64,000 nucleotides of DNA, taken from Raillietiella orientalis (taxonomy: Eukaryota). The translations under genes were made by a program, and so were the position numbers. Under the pieces are notes generated by a model that saw nothing but the letters and a program-made list of their open reading frames with translations, was not told where the DNA came from and did not search any database. Position 1 is the stretch's first letter. The number at the start of each line of letters is the position of its first letter. Below are positions 49,078 through 60,196 of the stretch, one piece after another. The DNA lies in NCBI GenBank assembly GCA_036172245.1, contig JAYWIR010000024.1, positions 3,038,001-3,102,000 of the forward strand. Reading direction: 5' to 3'.

Positions 49078-52000
49078 GCAAGGCATGGATGAGTGGCCTA
49101 TCGGCGGCCCACAGATCAGCTGCATCCTCAAGGACTTTGAGCTCACTTTCCCCTCCGCCTTCCTCTCCAAGGTCGAAAGAGCGCGCAGGGAGGGGGGATC
49201 TGATTGCGGAGGGAAAAGGGAGGACGTCCCAAGCTTTCAGGGAGCGGAGAAGGGCTCCGCCGGTGGCTCTCCGATCTTCCCGCCCCCCGGGGGACGGTCA
49301 TTCCCAAGAGGCAAGCACGCACTCCTCCCCATCCCTCGGCGTCTCCGGGGGAGCGAGGTGGCTTTCTTGGAGAGGGCGCACCATTCACCGGAGACGCGCA
49401 CGAGATGCTGCCGTGCGGGATGCAGCCGCAGACTCTCTGCAGTTGCTGCGCCATCCAGTCCGAGGTCGCTGCGAGGGAAGGGCAGGGGATGAGGGGAAAG
49501 AAGGAGCAGAGAAAGATGTCTCAAGGTCCTCCTCGCGACCCTCCTTAGGATCCTCCGATCCGTGTCCGGCCGTGCTTCCTCTCAATCCCAAAGTCCCTGG
49601 ATCCGCCGCCAACCTGGGGTGGGGCTTCTTCCGGCTGCGCCTGCGGCGCCGCGGAGAGAGCTGCGAGCCTCCGGGGCAGCCACGCCCATCATTCAGTCCT
49701 CGGGGACCTCTACGAAGCGTGAAGCGCCTCTTTCGGGATTCCCGAATTCGCAGGGAGGGGAGCGGTTCGGTTCGGATCGCCGCTCACGCGAGGAACGCGC
49801 ATCTCCCCCTCCTCCCCTTCGCTGCGCGCTTTTGTCTGGCCTCTTCCACCGGGATCTTTCCGGCGTACGCGCGCGAGGGAGGGAGGCGACGGAATGCGGG
49901 AAAGGGTCGGAGGGAGCACCGAGAATTCCTTCCGCCCTCCCTCTTCTTGCAGCGGCAGCCTCCGATTGGAGAGAGAGCGAGGAAAAGGAAAAGCCGTCGT
50001 TCGCAGCCTGTGGCGCCACTTTCCCTCCCTCTCCGCCGCGACGAGCTGAGATCCGAGGGGAAGTCCCAGAGGGTCCCCGGGGGTAAACAAGCCCTGAGGG
50101 CGTCCTAACTCTCACTCCGTAAGCCGTCCTTGCTGCGATGAACGGATGCCCTGGAGAGGAGGAGGAGGAGAGAAGGATGGAGGACTCACGACCTCGGAGG
50201 ACGATCAGACGGGAGGGAAGCGCCAGCTGCCGCCCCGTTTTCTCCCTGCAAGATGAGGAGCGCCCTCGAGACGCACTCTCTCCAGAAAGCGCACCTGGAA
50301 TTTCCTTATTCAGGATGCCTGTGCTCCCCTTCGGAGGACCACGAATGCTTCGGGGTCGCTTCCTGCCTCTCCAGACCGTTGAGAGGAAGACTAGCACCTT
50401 CTTCAGCCTCCTGGTAAGGGGAAGGGGGAAGGGAAGAAAGGAAAAGAGGAGGAAAGAGAGGAGTAGGAAGAATGCAGGAGGAGGAGGAGAGGGATGACTC
50501 TCCGCAGGCGACTTCTCCCCGGTGTGCTCGTGCTTGCAGCATCTCTGGTTTCCTCCGAATAGAGGGCGCGCGGATTCCACACAAATCTCCTGCTCTCCCG
50601 GCTGCAGGGATCATCGGCAGGGTTCCTCTCTGGCAGCGGTGTTGCAGGTCGGGAATGGGACGCGAGCTTCCGCCCGAGGGAACTAGGTTGGCACGTAGGA
50701 GGTCTCCACGTAGTAGATCTCTGGGATCCCTGAGGGGGGGGCGCCCGCGTCAGGTGGGGGATCGGGAGGGAGGACGCTTTCGCAAGGACCGAGCGGATGG
50801 ACTCCTCTGACCTCGCCCTCCCACTCTTCCCGCCTGCCTCCCGCGACCCCTCCCCCACTCCTGGGGACGATCCCCCGAGGCGAGATGCTGGGGGCGGAGG
50901 ACGGGGGATGAATCTGCCGGTGCGTGTCTTCCGTGGCGCGCGCGACCAGCGGCGCGGAAAACCCTCCGCCGCTCCGCTCCCAGTCGTCGCCAGTGAGAGC
51001 TGCGTCCTGTGTGCAGGTGGTTCGTTGATCGTCTCCGTGTGGACCGTCCGTCTCGACTAGAGAAGGTAAAGGGGGAAAAGGGTTACCGGGGAGTCACCCG
51101 AAGAACCATCGAAGCGCGCCATGCCGTTCGGCTTTTCGACCCGGGGGAGCGAGGAGGTCGACAGGTGAAATGCGGAAAGGCCACCTTCGAAAGACATCTC
51201 CGGAGCGGATGGCATGCTTCCGCTGCCGTTGCCATGGCAACGGGGGGGGATCTCTCGTTGGAAGTCTTTGTGGCGGCTTTTCGTCTCGCCAGCAGGGAGA
51301 CAGGACTGTCTGTCGCCCTCGGACTGCGAAGAGAACCTGGGCAGAATGGGAACGCGAACCGGAAGCAGTCCCGCCGGAGAAAGGGTGGGGGTCCACGGGA
51401 GTGAGTGGGGGTGGGGGTGGAGGTGTTTCCCCTCGCTTGCACTTCTGATGGGAGCGCCGACTCTCTCGTTTCGCCCCCATCTTTCCTCAGCGGCGCTCCT
51501 TCAGCTTTCTCCTTCCACGCCGATGGGCGCGGGCGAGTTTGGGGCGTGGCGAAGGGCAAAAAGAGAACGCAAAGGTGCTCCTCTCCGATCCTGCCGTCCT
51601 TCCCTTACCATGGTCCCCCTTCTCCCAGCATTCCCCCTTGAGGAAGGGGGAGGAGGGAGGTGCACGACTTCCAGTCATCTTGAGAGAGGACCATCTGGCT
51701 CGCACTGGGAACCGCGCGCTCTGTAGGATGGGGGTATTCCGTTCGCACGCGGACCCATTTGCCTCTCTGACCCAGTATATTTGCTCGCCAGTCCAATACA
51801 CAATTTTGTGCGTACGCTGTCCTTAGAAAAGGGACTACGTAGGAAGTGGGGAAGTGGAAGGAAGGGAGGGAAATGCCCTGTGAAAGGGAACCCCGCGTTT
51901 CAAAATCCTTCCCCAGTCATTGAGCTACCAGAGAAGCTCCTGAAATCCTGCCTCCTACATTCCTCCTCTTTCCCTTTCGTTCTTGCTCCGTAAACTCTGT

Positions 52001-52264
52001 TTCTCTTTCTCTCTTTCTTTCATTCTTCCTCCACCTCTCTTTCTTCCCACCTTCCTCCTCCTCCACAGTTCTTCCTTCCCACCTTCCTCTCCCCATGGAC
52101 CCCGCTCTCCTTGGCCACTCGCAGACCTGAGTGACCAGGACATCGAGGTCTTCGCCCGCGTGCCTACGCGGAGGCCACGCAGACGAAGCGGCCCCCCGAG
52201 AGTGATTCCCTCTCGCGTCCCTTCCATCGGGATGACACCGGGAAAGGAGGAACTCCAGGGAGAG
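49078..52264 (+). CDS. Putative multi-exon gene of unknown product (candidate exons 49078-49171, 50375-50413, 51017-51065, 51727-51811, 52125-52264 or beyond)
   Basis: AG/GT-bounded short frames QGMDEWPIGGPQISCILKDFELTFPSAFLSK | TVERKTSTFFSLL | ... | WFVDRLRVDRPSRLEK | DGGIPFARGPICLSDPVYLLASPIHNFV-H-LSDQDIEVFARVP... Phases are compatible except between 50413 and 51017. Confidence 0.4.
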
Positions 52265-53939
52265 GTGTCCCTTGTTCTTTTCTTCATTGGGATGAGCTGC
52301 ATCCCCGAATGCGATTTGGAAGTACAAGAAGGGGAGGGAGAGGGGAATAAAAGCAAAGGGGTGAAGGTGCCCTTTTACCCAGGGTCCTCACGTTGTTCCT
52401 TCCCCAAAGTTTCTCCTGACGACGGGTGTGACTCTGGTCCCGATTCTAACGCATAATTCTTTCGTCTTTTACTAAAGAATTCCGTAAACAGGGACTTCTA
52501 AATGAGTCTTTAGACACTCGAAACCGAGAAGCAACAACCCTGCCCAGCTAATCAAGGTCTACCAGAGCACTCGGGGAAGAAGAAAGGGAGGAGGAAAAGA
52601 GAGGAATCGCCCTAGGCGTTCCATGGAAAAGGACTCGAACTCACCGATAGGTGGACTCTCCAACTGCCTCCTCCTTCCTTTCACCAGATTGTGAGGAAGG
52701 CGTTGGTCCACGTCCAGCTTCTCTTGAGCCTCCAGCTTGCGCCATCTTCTCGGTTCGGACCCCGTCGTCTGTCTCTGTCTTCTAGAAGGTTGTCCCGGGA
52801 AGCCAAAGGAAGCGTCCAGTGAACTGAGAGCGCCTGATGACCCTCACCTTCGTCGCCAGCTACCGCTCTTGGGCCGAACGCCCCCGCTCTTCCTCCCCTC
52901 TCTTTTCCTTCTGCTCTCCCCAGGGGCGGAGGACCCTGCTCTCGCACCCTCCTCTTTGGGAGGAGAGTCTCCCCACGTCGAGGAGGTGGGATCGTTCCCG
53001 AGCTTCTCCTCTGGCCCTTAGGGTCCATGGTCCGGAGGAGGAGGAAGATGCACTGATCACCTTGCCTTCCATTGTTTGTCCGATCCTGGCCCTGAATCTT
53101 CTTTAGAGGGCCGCTGCCTTGACCACCGGAGGCCTTCTGCACTTCGGCTCTTCTTCCTCTTTGTCGTCCCGAGGCTTTCGCTGGCGCCCCTGAAGATCCC
53201 GGACTACCGAAGAACAGAGAGGAATCGCCACTCTTCTTAAGTTGGGGTCCCGTCCGCTCTTTCTCGAAAGTTCGCGGAATCTGGTCCGGTTCTAGGGAGA
53301 GCCATGAGAACTTCCTAAAAATCCCGCTGGCAGTCCGGTTGGATAGGGACGGCGTGACTGGTGACCTCAGGAGCTGATGTGTCTCCAAGGATCCAGGCCA
53401 AAACGGCTCCGGGCCGGACCTTCCAGAATAAGAAGGGGAGGGTGGCGAGCAGATACGCAAGGGAACTGGGGTACTGCGAGCCTATTCGGGAGAGGTGCCG
53501 CGGCAGTTCGCTCCGCATGAGCCTGTGCGCACAACAGGTTCCTGCAGGACGTCGAAGCAACAGCCCTTCCTCTTCTTCCACCTCCTCCCTTCCCGAGGCT
53601 GCGGTCGCTCCGTGCACCTCGGTGGCGTTCAGCGGGGACTCCGGGCTGCCGACAGGAACCGGGAAGACGAAACCCACAAGGCGTTGGCGCCGGTTGGCCC
53701 AGGGGCTTCAGGTGCGGCACTGGCGGGACGCGCGTGAGCTTTGGGAACCGTCTGCTGCGTTGACAGGCTGGCATCGGAAGTCGGCCTTCCGAGGGCTTTC
53801 CGGGAATCATGTAGGCATCTCCTTTCGAGTCTCTCGGGTCCTCGCTTCCTCTCCTTCCCCCCAATCGCGCAAACGCAGCCGCCCACGGGCTTCGAGTGTC
53901 GAAAGTTGTCCGCTTCTGACGCTCTGGGGAGGGTAAAGG

Positions 53940-54295
53940 TGGACCCCTCCAGATGGTCGGGACAGCCCTCAGAGGAGGAAACAAGGAGTGGTTCCCTTAC
54001 GGGTTTCCTCCGAAGAAAAATCAGGAGCGACCCCTTCCAGCGGAAAGTACTCCTCCTTTTTTCCAGAGTGCGTTCCTCTGGTAACAACCAGGGCGGAGAT
54101 TCCCTTCTGGGTTCCCTCCGAAGAGTGAGCGAGGGCGGGACTCCTTCCTCTGGAGTCTTCCTAGATTAATAAGAGGGATCCTTGGAAGTTGCCTCCCTAA
54201 CCGAGTTGCGCGCACCCTCAGATGGTGTTGACGATGTTTCAAGGGCTCTGTGAGTCCCTCTGATTCCTCGCCCCTAAGGGAACGAAGGGTGTTCA
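53940..54295 (+). mobile_element. Headless body fragment of the SINE-like family, copy S7
   Basis: cagaggaggaaacaaggagtggttccctt...tcaggagcg matches the S2/S3 body. Confidence 0.65.
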
Positions 54296-56695
54296 GTGTG
54301 CCAGCCGCCTTACTGTGAGGCGTTGTCTTGACAAAGTCTTACTATAAAAAAGAAAGAAAGAAAGAAAAATTCACGAGGCTGCGGACAGATTTCTCATGCC
54401 AGCATCCGTTCTCTTTCCAGAAACCATCCATCACCGCCAGGCGCGTATCGAGGAGGATGCTGGAGATGCTTCGTTTCCCGTGCATAGTGCTGTGCCTGAC
54501 GAGCCTCTCGGTTGCCGGGTGAGGAAAAGAGGAAGGCGTCTGCCGGAAAACAGCGGGACGGGGTGATGCGAGGAGGCTACTCCCTGGCTCTCCGCTCGCT
54601 CCCGGTCAGAGGCGGTGAAAGGCACAGGCCCATCCGGGAGAAGCAAGTCGCCCCCAGGGACTCCGAGCCCGCGTTTCCGGAGAGGCGCAAATGAGGGAAG
54701 GGGCAGGGTCAGGAGTTTCTTGGGCGACGCGGCGCAGCGCGCCACGGTCGCAGACGCATGGGGGGTGCACCCAGGTGTTTCTCTCGAAGGAAGGGAGGAT
54801 GCGGTGGTGAGGAGCTCACCCCAATGTGTTGCTCTTCTCCTTTCCTTACGCGAGCTCTCCTGAACGCCTTTGGCGCGGTTTCCTCAGATAGAGGTCAGGT
54901 TGCACCGGCAAGACTCCGCGCCGGGATTCCTTCGGCTGCTGTAGATCCAGCGCCCGAGATGCCTCGCGCCCTCTCGATGGCTGCGAAAGTTCCGCGCGCA
55001 CTTTCTCAAGGTCTCGCGGTCGCGTTTGGTCAACGGTGCGTCCGGGTGCCAACGGGCAAGGCAGATCCGTTCTCATCCCTCGCAGTCTCCTCCGCTCCAC
55101 TCTCTCCCGACTTCGGAAAGCCGAACCAGCGTCTCGCGCCATCTGCTGTGTTCGAGGGAGCCTCCCGGAACGCACAGCAATTGTCCAGCATCCACGCGCG
55201 AATCCACATCCGAATCCGAGGTCCTCTTCCAAGTGCGGAAAGATGTCTGCCCCGGATGGAGATTCTCAACCTCGAATTGCGTGAGGCCATCCTTCTAGCA
55301 GTATCATCGAGACCTTCCGTTCCATTGCAAAAAAAAAAAATGGCGCTCCGGTATCTCCATCGTCTCCGTGGAGAGAGGAGTCGCGCCCGAGGGGCAACTT
55401 CCGAACAGGAGGACTGTCTGCGGAGTGAACAGCAGCCTACGTTCGCGGCGTAAGTGACCTCGACCCCGTGCCTCAAGATCGAGCTGGGATCCACACGTGG
55501 CAGCATCCCTTCACGGGATGTCCTTCGAACGGAAGGGCTATGTCGCCCGATCTTCAGCAGCATGACAGAGGGGACCACGAGACGGCGCACCCAGCCCATC
55601 GGACATCCCTACCAGGTCTCCCGCCTCCTGGTTACCCCGGAGAAGACTCGGGATGCTGCAGGTCATGCATTCGGGCAAAGCCGCGCGCGAAAGAAATTTG
55701 GCCGCTTCCTGGAGATCAAGCGAGACAATCAGAGCGAGTCGACCAACTGTCTTCCCATCAGGGACTCCTTCCTTGCTCTCTACTGAGTCTCCCACGGGAT
55801 CTTCCTTTTTCCCTTCCTCGGTTCTCTTCTCCGCCTCGCTTCCTCTTTTTCACTCTTTCAGCTACGCAGGAGCGGCGAATCAGGTTGGGTAGGCGGGAAG
55901 AGGGGGGGGGAGGGGTTTTACCATCTTCCCCTCGAGAAGGAAAGGCGTGAAGTCACGTGCTGCCCGAATAAACCGATCGCAAAAGCGTGGTTTTCTAGCA
56001 GGAGGTGGTTTCCTCGACCCCACTGCGATCCACGGTCCATCCGGTCCTTCGTTCCTCTTTCTCCCCGTGCGTCCGAGCGTCAGCGGGCAGCGGCGTGCGA
56101 CGACCACGGGAGGATCTTCCAACCGCCTCGGGAGCATCGTGCGGAACCGTGAGGATCGCAACACGGAGAGCTACCAGAATAAAGAGCAACCCGTGGACCA
56201 TGAACTGCCGAGGTCGGCGTTTCCTGTCTCCGTGGAGCGAGCGGTCGGAGGAAGAAACAAAACGAAACAAAAGGAAGAGAGGGAGAGGGGGAGAGACAAC
56301 CTGGTTGGAGCGGCAGAGCTACTTGAAACCGTGGTATCACCAGAGCCGCCAGGGATCTCCTCATTTGTTTAGCGCACCTCTCCACGTGGAGGCCGGGTCC
56401 CCCCCCCCTTTCCCTCCCACGTTCGCAAGAGAAGACTTTCGCGGATGCTGTGACTTCGAGATGATCCCCTAAGAGAGCGCGAGACCCGTCCCTGCTGCTT
56501 GCCTTCCCGGGGCGCACCTCGGTGTTTCCGTCAGATCCCTGCAGATGCGTGCTAGCGGGCTGTTTTGATCTTTCCGAGATGGCCTTCGGTTCGCCAGGAT
56601 CTCGAGATTCCAGGAACCGAAGAGCCTGGGACGGCCGAAGGATGGCGTCGCCCGCCGTCCGACATGGCCGAGGCTCCTGCTAGACCCACTGGCTG

Positions 56696-56755
56696 GCGTA
56701 CACCCAGGTGTTCCTCTCGAAGGGATAACGCGAAGGGAACACCTAGGTGCACATC
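56696..56755. mobile_element. ~60-bp hairpin mini-MITE with target-site duplication
   Basis: Arms GTACACCCAGGTGTTCCTCTCG and rc GTGCACCTAGGTGTTCCCTTCG (18/22). Direct repeat CCACTGGCTGG at 56686-56696 and 56755-56765. The same arm recurs at 54765-54790. Confidence 0.6.
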
Positions 56756-58729
56756 CACTGGCTGGGGCCACCACCTTCCGAACAAATGACCTTCAGACCC
56801 GCGCCAAACGTGGAAATGCAAAGAGAGGGGGACTTGCTGCAGCGGGTGGGGAGCGGTCTTAGCCGTCCCGTCGTCGCTGCAGGAGCGGAAGGCCGAGAGT
56901 TCGAACCGCTAGGTGGACTCATTCCGCGCGCCGGTCGCCCACCTCTCTCTCGTCCGCAGCGGTGACGAACCTGGACGCCGAGTGGTGAGGGCGGTCGCTG
57001 CTTTCTGTTGGAGCCACCCCTGCCTCCACGCGTGGGTGAACGAGCGCCTGAAGGCGTGCGGGCGCGAGCCAGAAAAATCGCCAGCGAACGCTGGGGGAGA
57101 GAGGGTGGGAGGGGAGCGACGGAGCAGCCACGTGAACGCTGAACGCGAACGCGTTCAGTGGTCGTCAGTTGGCTTCCGAACACGGGGACGCAGCAGATTG
57201 CGCACCCGCAGTCGAACATCCGAGGTCCACGCCTCCTCCGAGATCCTCCTAAAAATCCGACGGTCGCTGACCACCCAATTCGTTGTCTGGCGAGTTGCGT
57301 GGACGCATGGCACCGGCCGGTCCTACGCTCGCGAGGCGTTCATTGCGACCACGTGGGAGAAGAAGAAACCCTCCGAGAGTGCGCGCGCGACTCAGTTGCC
57401 TTGGATGCTGGGGCTGCGTGCTGCTCCTCTCTCCAGGAATTCCGCTCCTCCCAGAGACAAATCGATCTGTTTCTTTCCTTCTTCCCCCTTTTATTTTTTG
57501 TTTTGTTTGCGTGCAAGCAGGACGAAAATGAATTTCATCCGAGCTGTAGCCTCAGTTTTGCAAGCCAGCAGTCCTCCATCTTACGGCACGCTGCGAGGAC
57601 CCCAGACGACAGCAAACGTTTGCCAAGAAAACTGTCTGCTTGCAGCAGCATCGGATTCCCCTTTCTGTTTCATCATGCGCTGTTCTGTTGCCAGCGCCAT
57701 GTGCGCGCAGATACGTGGGCGCACACAGTACTCATGAAAGTGGATAGAAAGTCGTAGAAGATCTAGAATGTCCCCTGAGCCGAGGGTTGGGAACGAAAGA
57801 GTATCTCCACTCCGCGTGAGTGGATCGAAACCGAAGATGCGTAGACGTCGGTCCGGTTACGCGCTGCACCGTGCTGCAAATCCGTTACCAAGGAAGCGCA
57901 GATCCCCGACGTAGCTCAATAGTGTATTTCGAGTCTCGAACGGATCGTCCAACATGATGGCTTCAGCTCTCTCCCGGAAAGATCTGGTGCTCCGTGCCAG
58001 GTGGATCGTGAATGTAGTTGACAAAACAATAATTGAATGATTCAAAGTCCACGACGTGACGTCATTTATTTTGATAATCACTCTCGAGAAGATTAAGTTG
58101 AAATGTCTCTACAGTTTAAGATGGACGCATTTAGCACTACGAAGTAATGAAAAAGATTTCCCTTACCCACCCTACAGCCCTAATTTCATCAATCAGGAAA
58201 ATTCGGCCTCGAAGCTATTTTCCAAGATGACCTATGGGTGTCAGCTTGTGAATTTCTCGACTCGGAGTCACGTCCAGCGTGAGGATAACACGAAAGCTGG
58301 ACAAAGGAGAGTCCAGCGTTGGACGGCAGAGTTCGAGGAGATGCGCTTAGTTGGAGACTCCGGAGAGGCGAGGCCGGATCGGAGAAGACATGAGATCAGA
58401 GTGCCCTCTAATAGGCAGATTAATGTGGAAGGGCAGCGGGTGGCTTGGACTGTTGCAGACTCCCACGAGGAAAGCTGGACCGAGCGATCATTGCCCAGTT
58501 CCCACCGGAGAGCAAAGAGGAGAGGAGGAAGGGCAAGTGACCTCTCGGAAAATGCGAGCAGACTGGAGCTTCATTCCCTAGCCTACAAACAGGTCAACCC
58601 GCGACCCGGGCCGCTTTCGATGAGACCCCCAAGGATGCACGCCGCTGTGCGCTGCACGTGGGTGGAAGCGATGTGTGTCCTCTCGTGCGCCAGCTCGCTC
58701 TGGGAGCGATGAGTTAAGCAATGTCGGCG

Positions 58730-59240
58730 ATGAGGCGGCCGCCTCTGCGCGTGCCCCCGAGCGCTGCGGGTTCGAATCCCTCCCAGGGAAGGGACGACGC
58801 CGAGAATTGGAGGGTGCGTCGTGGGTTTCGAGCCCCCCCCCCCCCTTTTCAAAATGACCCTGGTTGGCCTGTGGGCTTGGGTGAGGCACTTGTGGAAGCC
58901 GGGTGCTCCCATCGAATGGCCAGGATTGGAAAGCAACCCTCCGGGGTCCCTTCCAGGAATCAAGAAGCCCTTCGGAGTTTCCCTCCGGTTGTGGAAAGGG
59001 AGCCGTTGCCATGGAGTTGGTGATACCTCTCCAGAGCGTCAAGGAGTGCGCTGCTCCCTTGAAGGAGAGACCTTTCAGGGAAATTGGGAAGCGTCCCTAT
59101 GGGGTCCTCTTCAAAAGGAGGGGGGGGAGACAGGGAGCTGTTCCCTTGCGGGTGCTCTCTGGGGAAGAAATTTCAGGAGAGGATTCTTTCCCGAGTTCCC
59201 TTCGGAGGCCAGCTAGGGCCGAGGGTTCCCTCCCGAACGC
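58730..59240 (+). mobile_element. tRNA-headed SINE-like repeat, copy S8
   Basis: B box GGTTCGAATCC at 58769-58779. Body accctccggggtcccttccaggaatcaagaagcccttcgg. Confidence 0.78.
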
Positions 59241-60196
59241 AAGAGTAACGGACACCTGCCAGCAACGAGGGACATGGCGTCCCTGGATGACCCAAGCGGC
59301 GGTTGATCCACCAACGTCCCTTTTCTGGGAAAGGCGTCTAGTCTGGTTCGTTCTGTGCTCCCGCTTCTGCGATTCCTCCAGGAAGTCGTTCGCTGGCTGG
59401 CGCTCGTCACGCAGCGCGGCGTGCAAGGGCGGAAGGGGCCTCTTCCGAAGTTTCCAGCGGGCTGCTTCCAGAGCCGAGGATCGCACGAGTGGTCAGCTTG
59501 CATGATGAGCCCAGAGCGATTTCTTTTGGCATCCGGAGCATGCTGACAGACTACCGGATGTTTTTTTTTTTCCTCCCAAGAAAAAAAAAGAGATTTCCAC
59601 GAAATAATCATCCGCTGCACTGTGCGTGCGCACCGGCTCGAGTGACGCGCGCGCACTGCATGGTGCTTGAAACGCAGTTACCCGTGGCACGTCGGATTCC
59701 GTGAAGCGCCTTCCCTGGCGCGCGAAAACCTGCGTCGATCTGGAACGCACAGCCTGACGCTGGCGCTGCTGCTGCCGGCGCCGCGTTGCCTTGGTGTCAC
59801 TCGCGGACCGCTACTTTCCCGCGCTCCCGAGCGGCGAACCACGTGACACTCGCCTTGAAGATTCCGCGGAGCGCCCACGGCTGGTTTCCGCGAGCAGCCT
59901 TCTTTTTCTTTCTTTCTTTTTTTTTTCGCACGTCGCACGCGCGCGCGTGCATTGTTCGAAGCGTCCCACGCTGTTTCGTGGTATCCGGGAGACGTTTGCA
60001 CACGCTCTGCCCTCGCCCGCGTTTGAGCGCCGCCGACGCGACCGGCCCCATCCATCCACGTCTGCTGTCGAAATGTCCTTACGTTTCGTCGATATCCCGG
60101 AAGTTTCCTGCATCTCGCCGCATCGGCTCTTGGCGCGCATTCTGGAACTTTCCGAGGCTTTTCCTTCTTACGAGGCTTTTTTGCTTTTTTTTCTAG

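Noticed and set aside
48852..50108. Longest ORF in the track (418 aa) and similar long Arg/Pro/Ser/Gly-rich ORFs (e.g. 1346-2308, 31809-32882)
   Set aside because: Low-complexity products of GC-rich DNA or antisense to TEs, with no domain motifs.
54760..57390. Fibronectin-III repeat gene (GVHPG twice, VTNLDAEW, VVVSWLPN)
   Set aside because: The GVHPG repeats are explained by the mini-MITE arm, and the other pieces cannot be spliced in phase with canonical sites.
58158..58190. Second mariner fragment (FPYPPYSPNF)
   Set aside because: Isolated motif with no TIRs or further transposase similarity.
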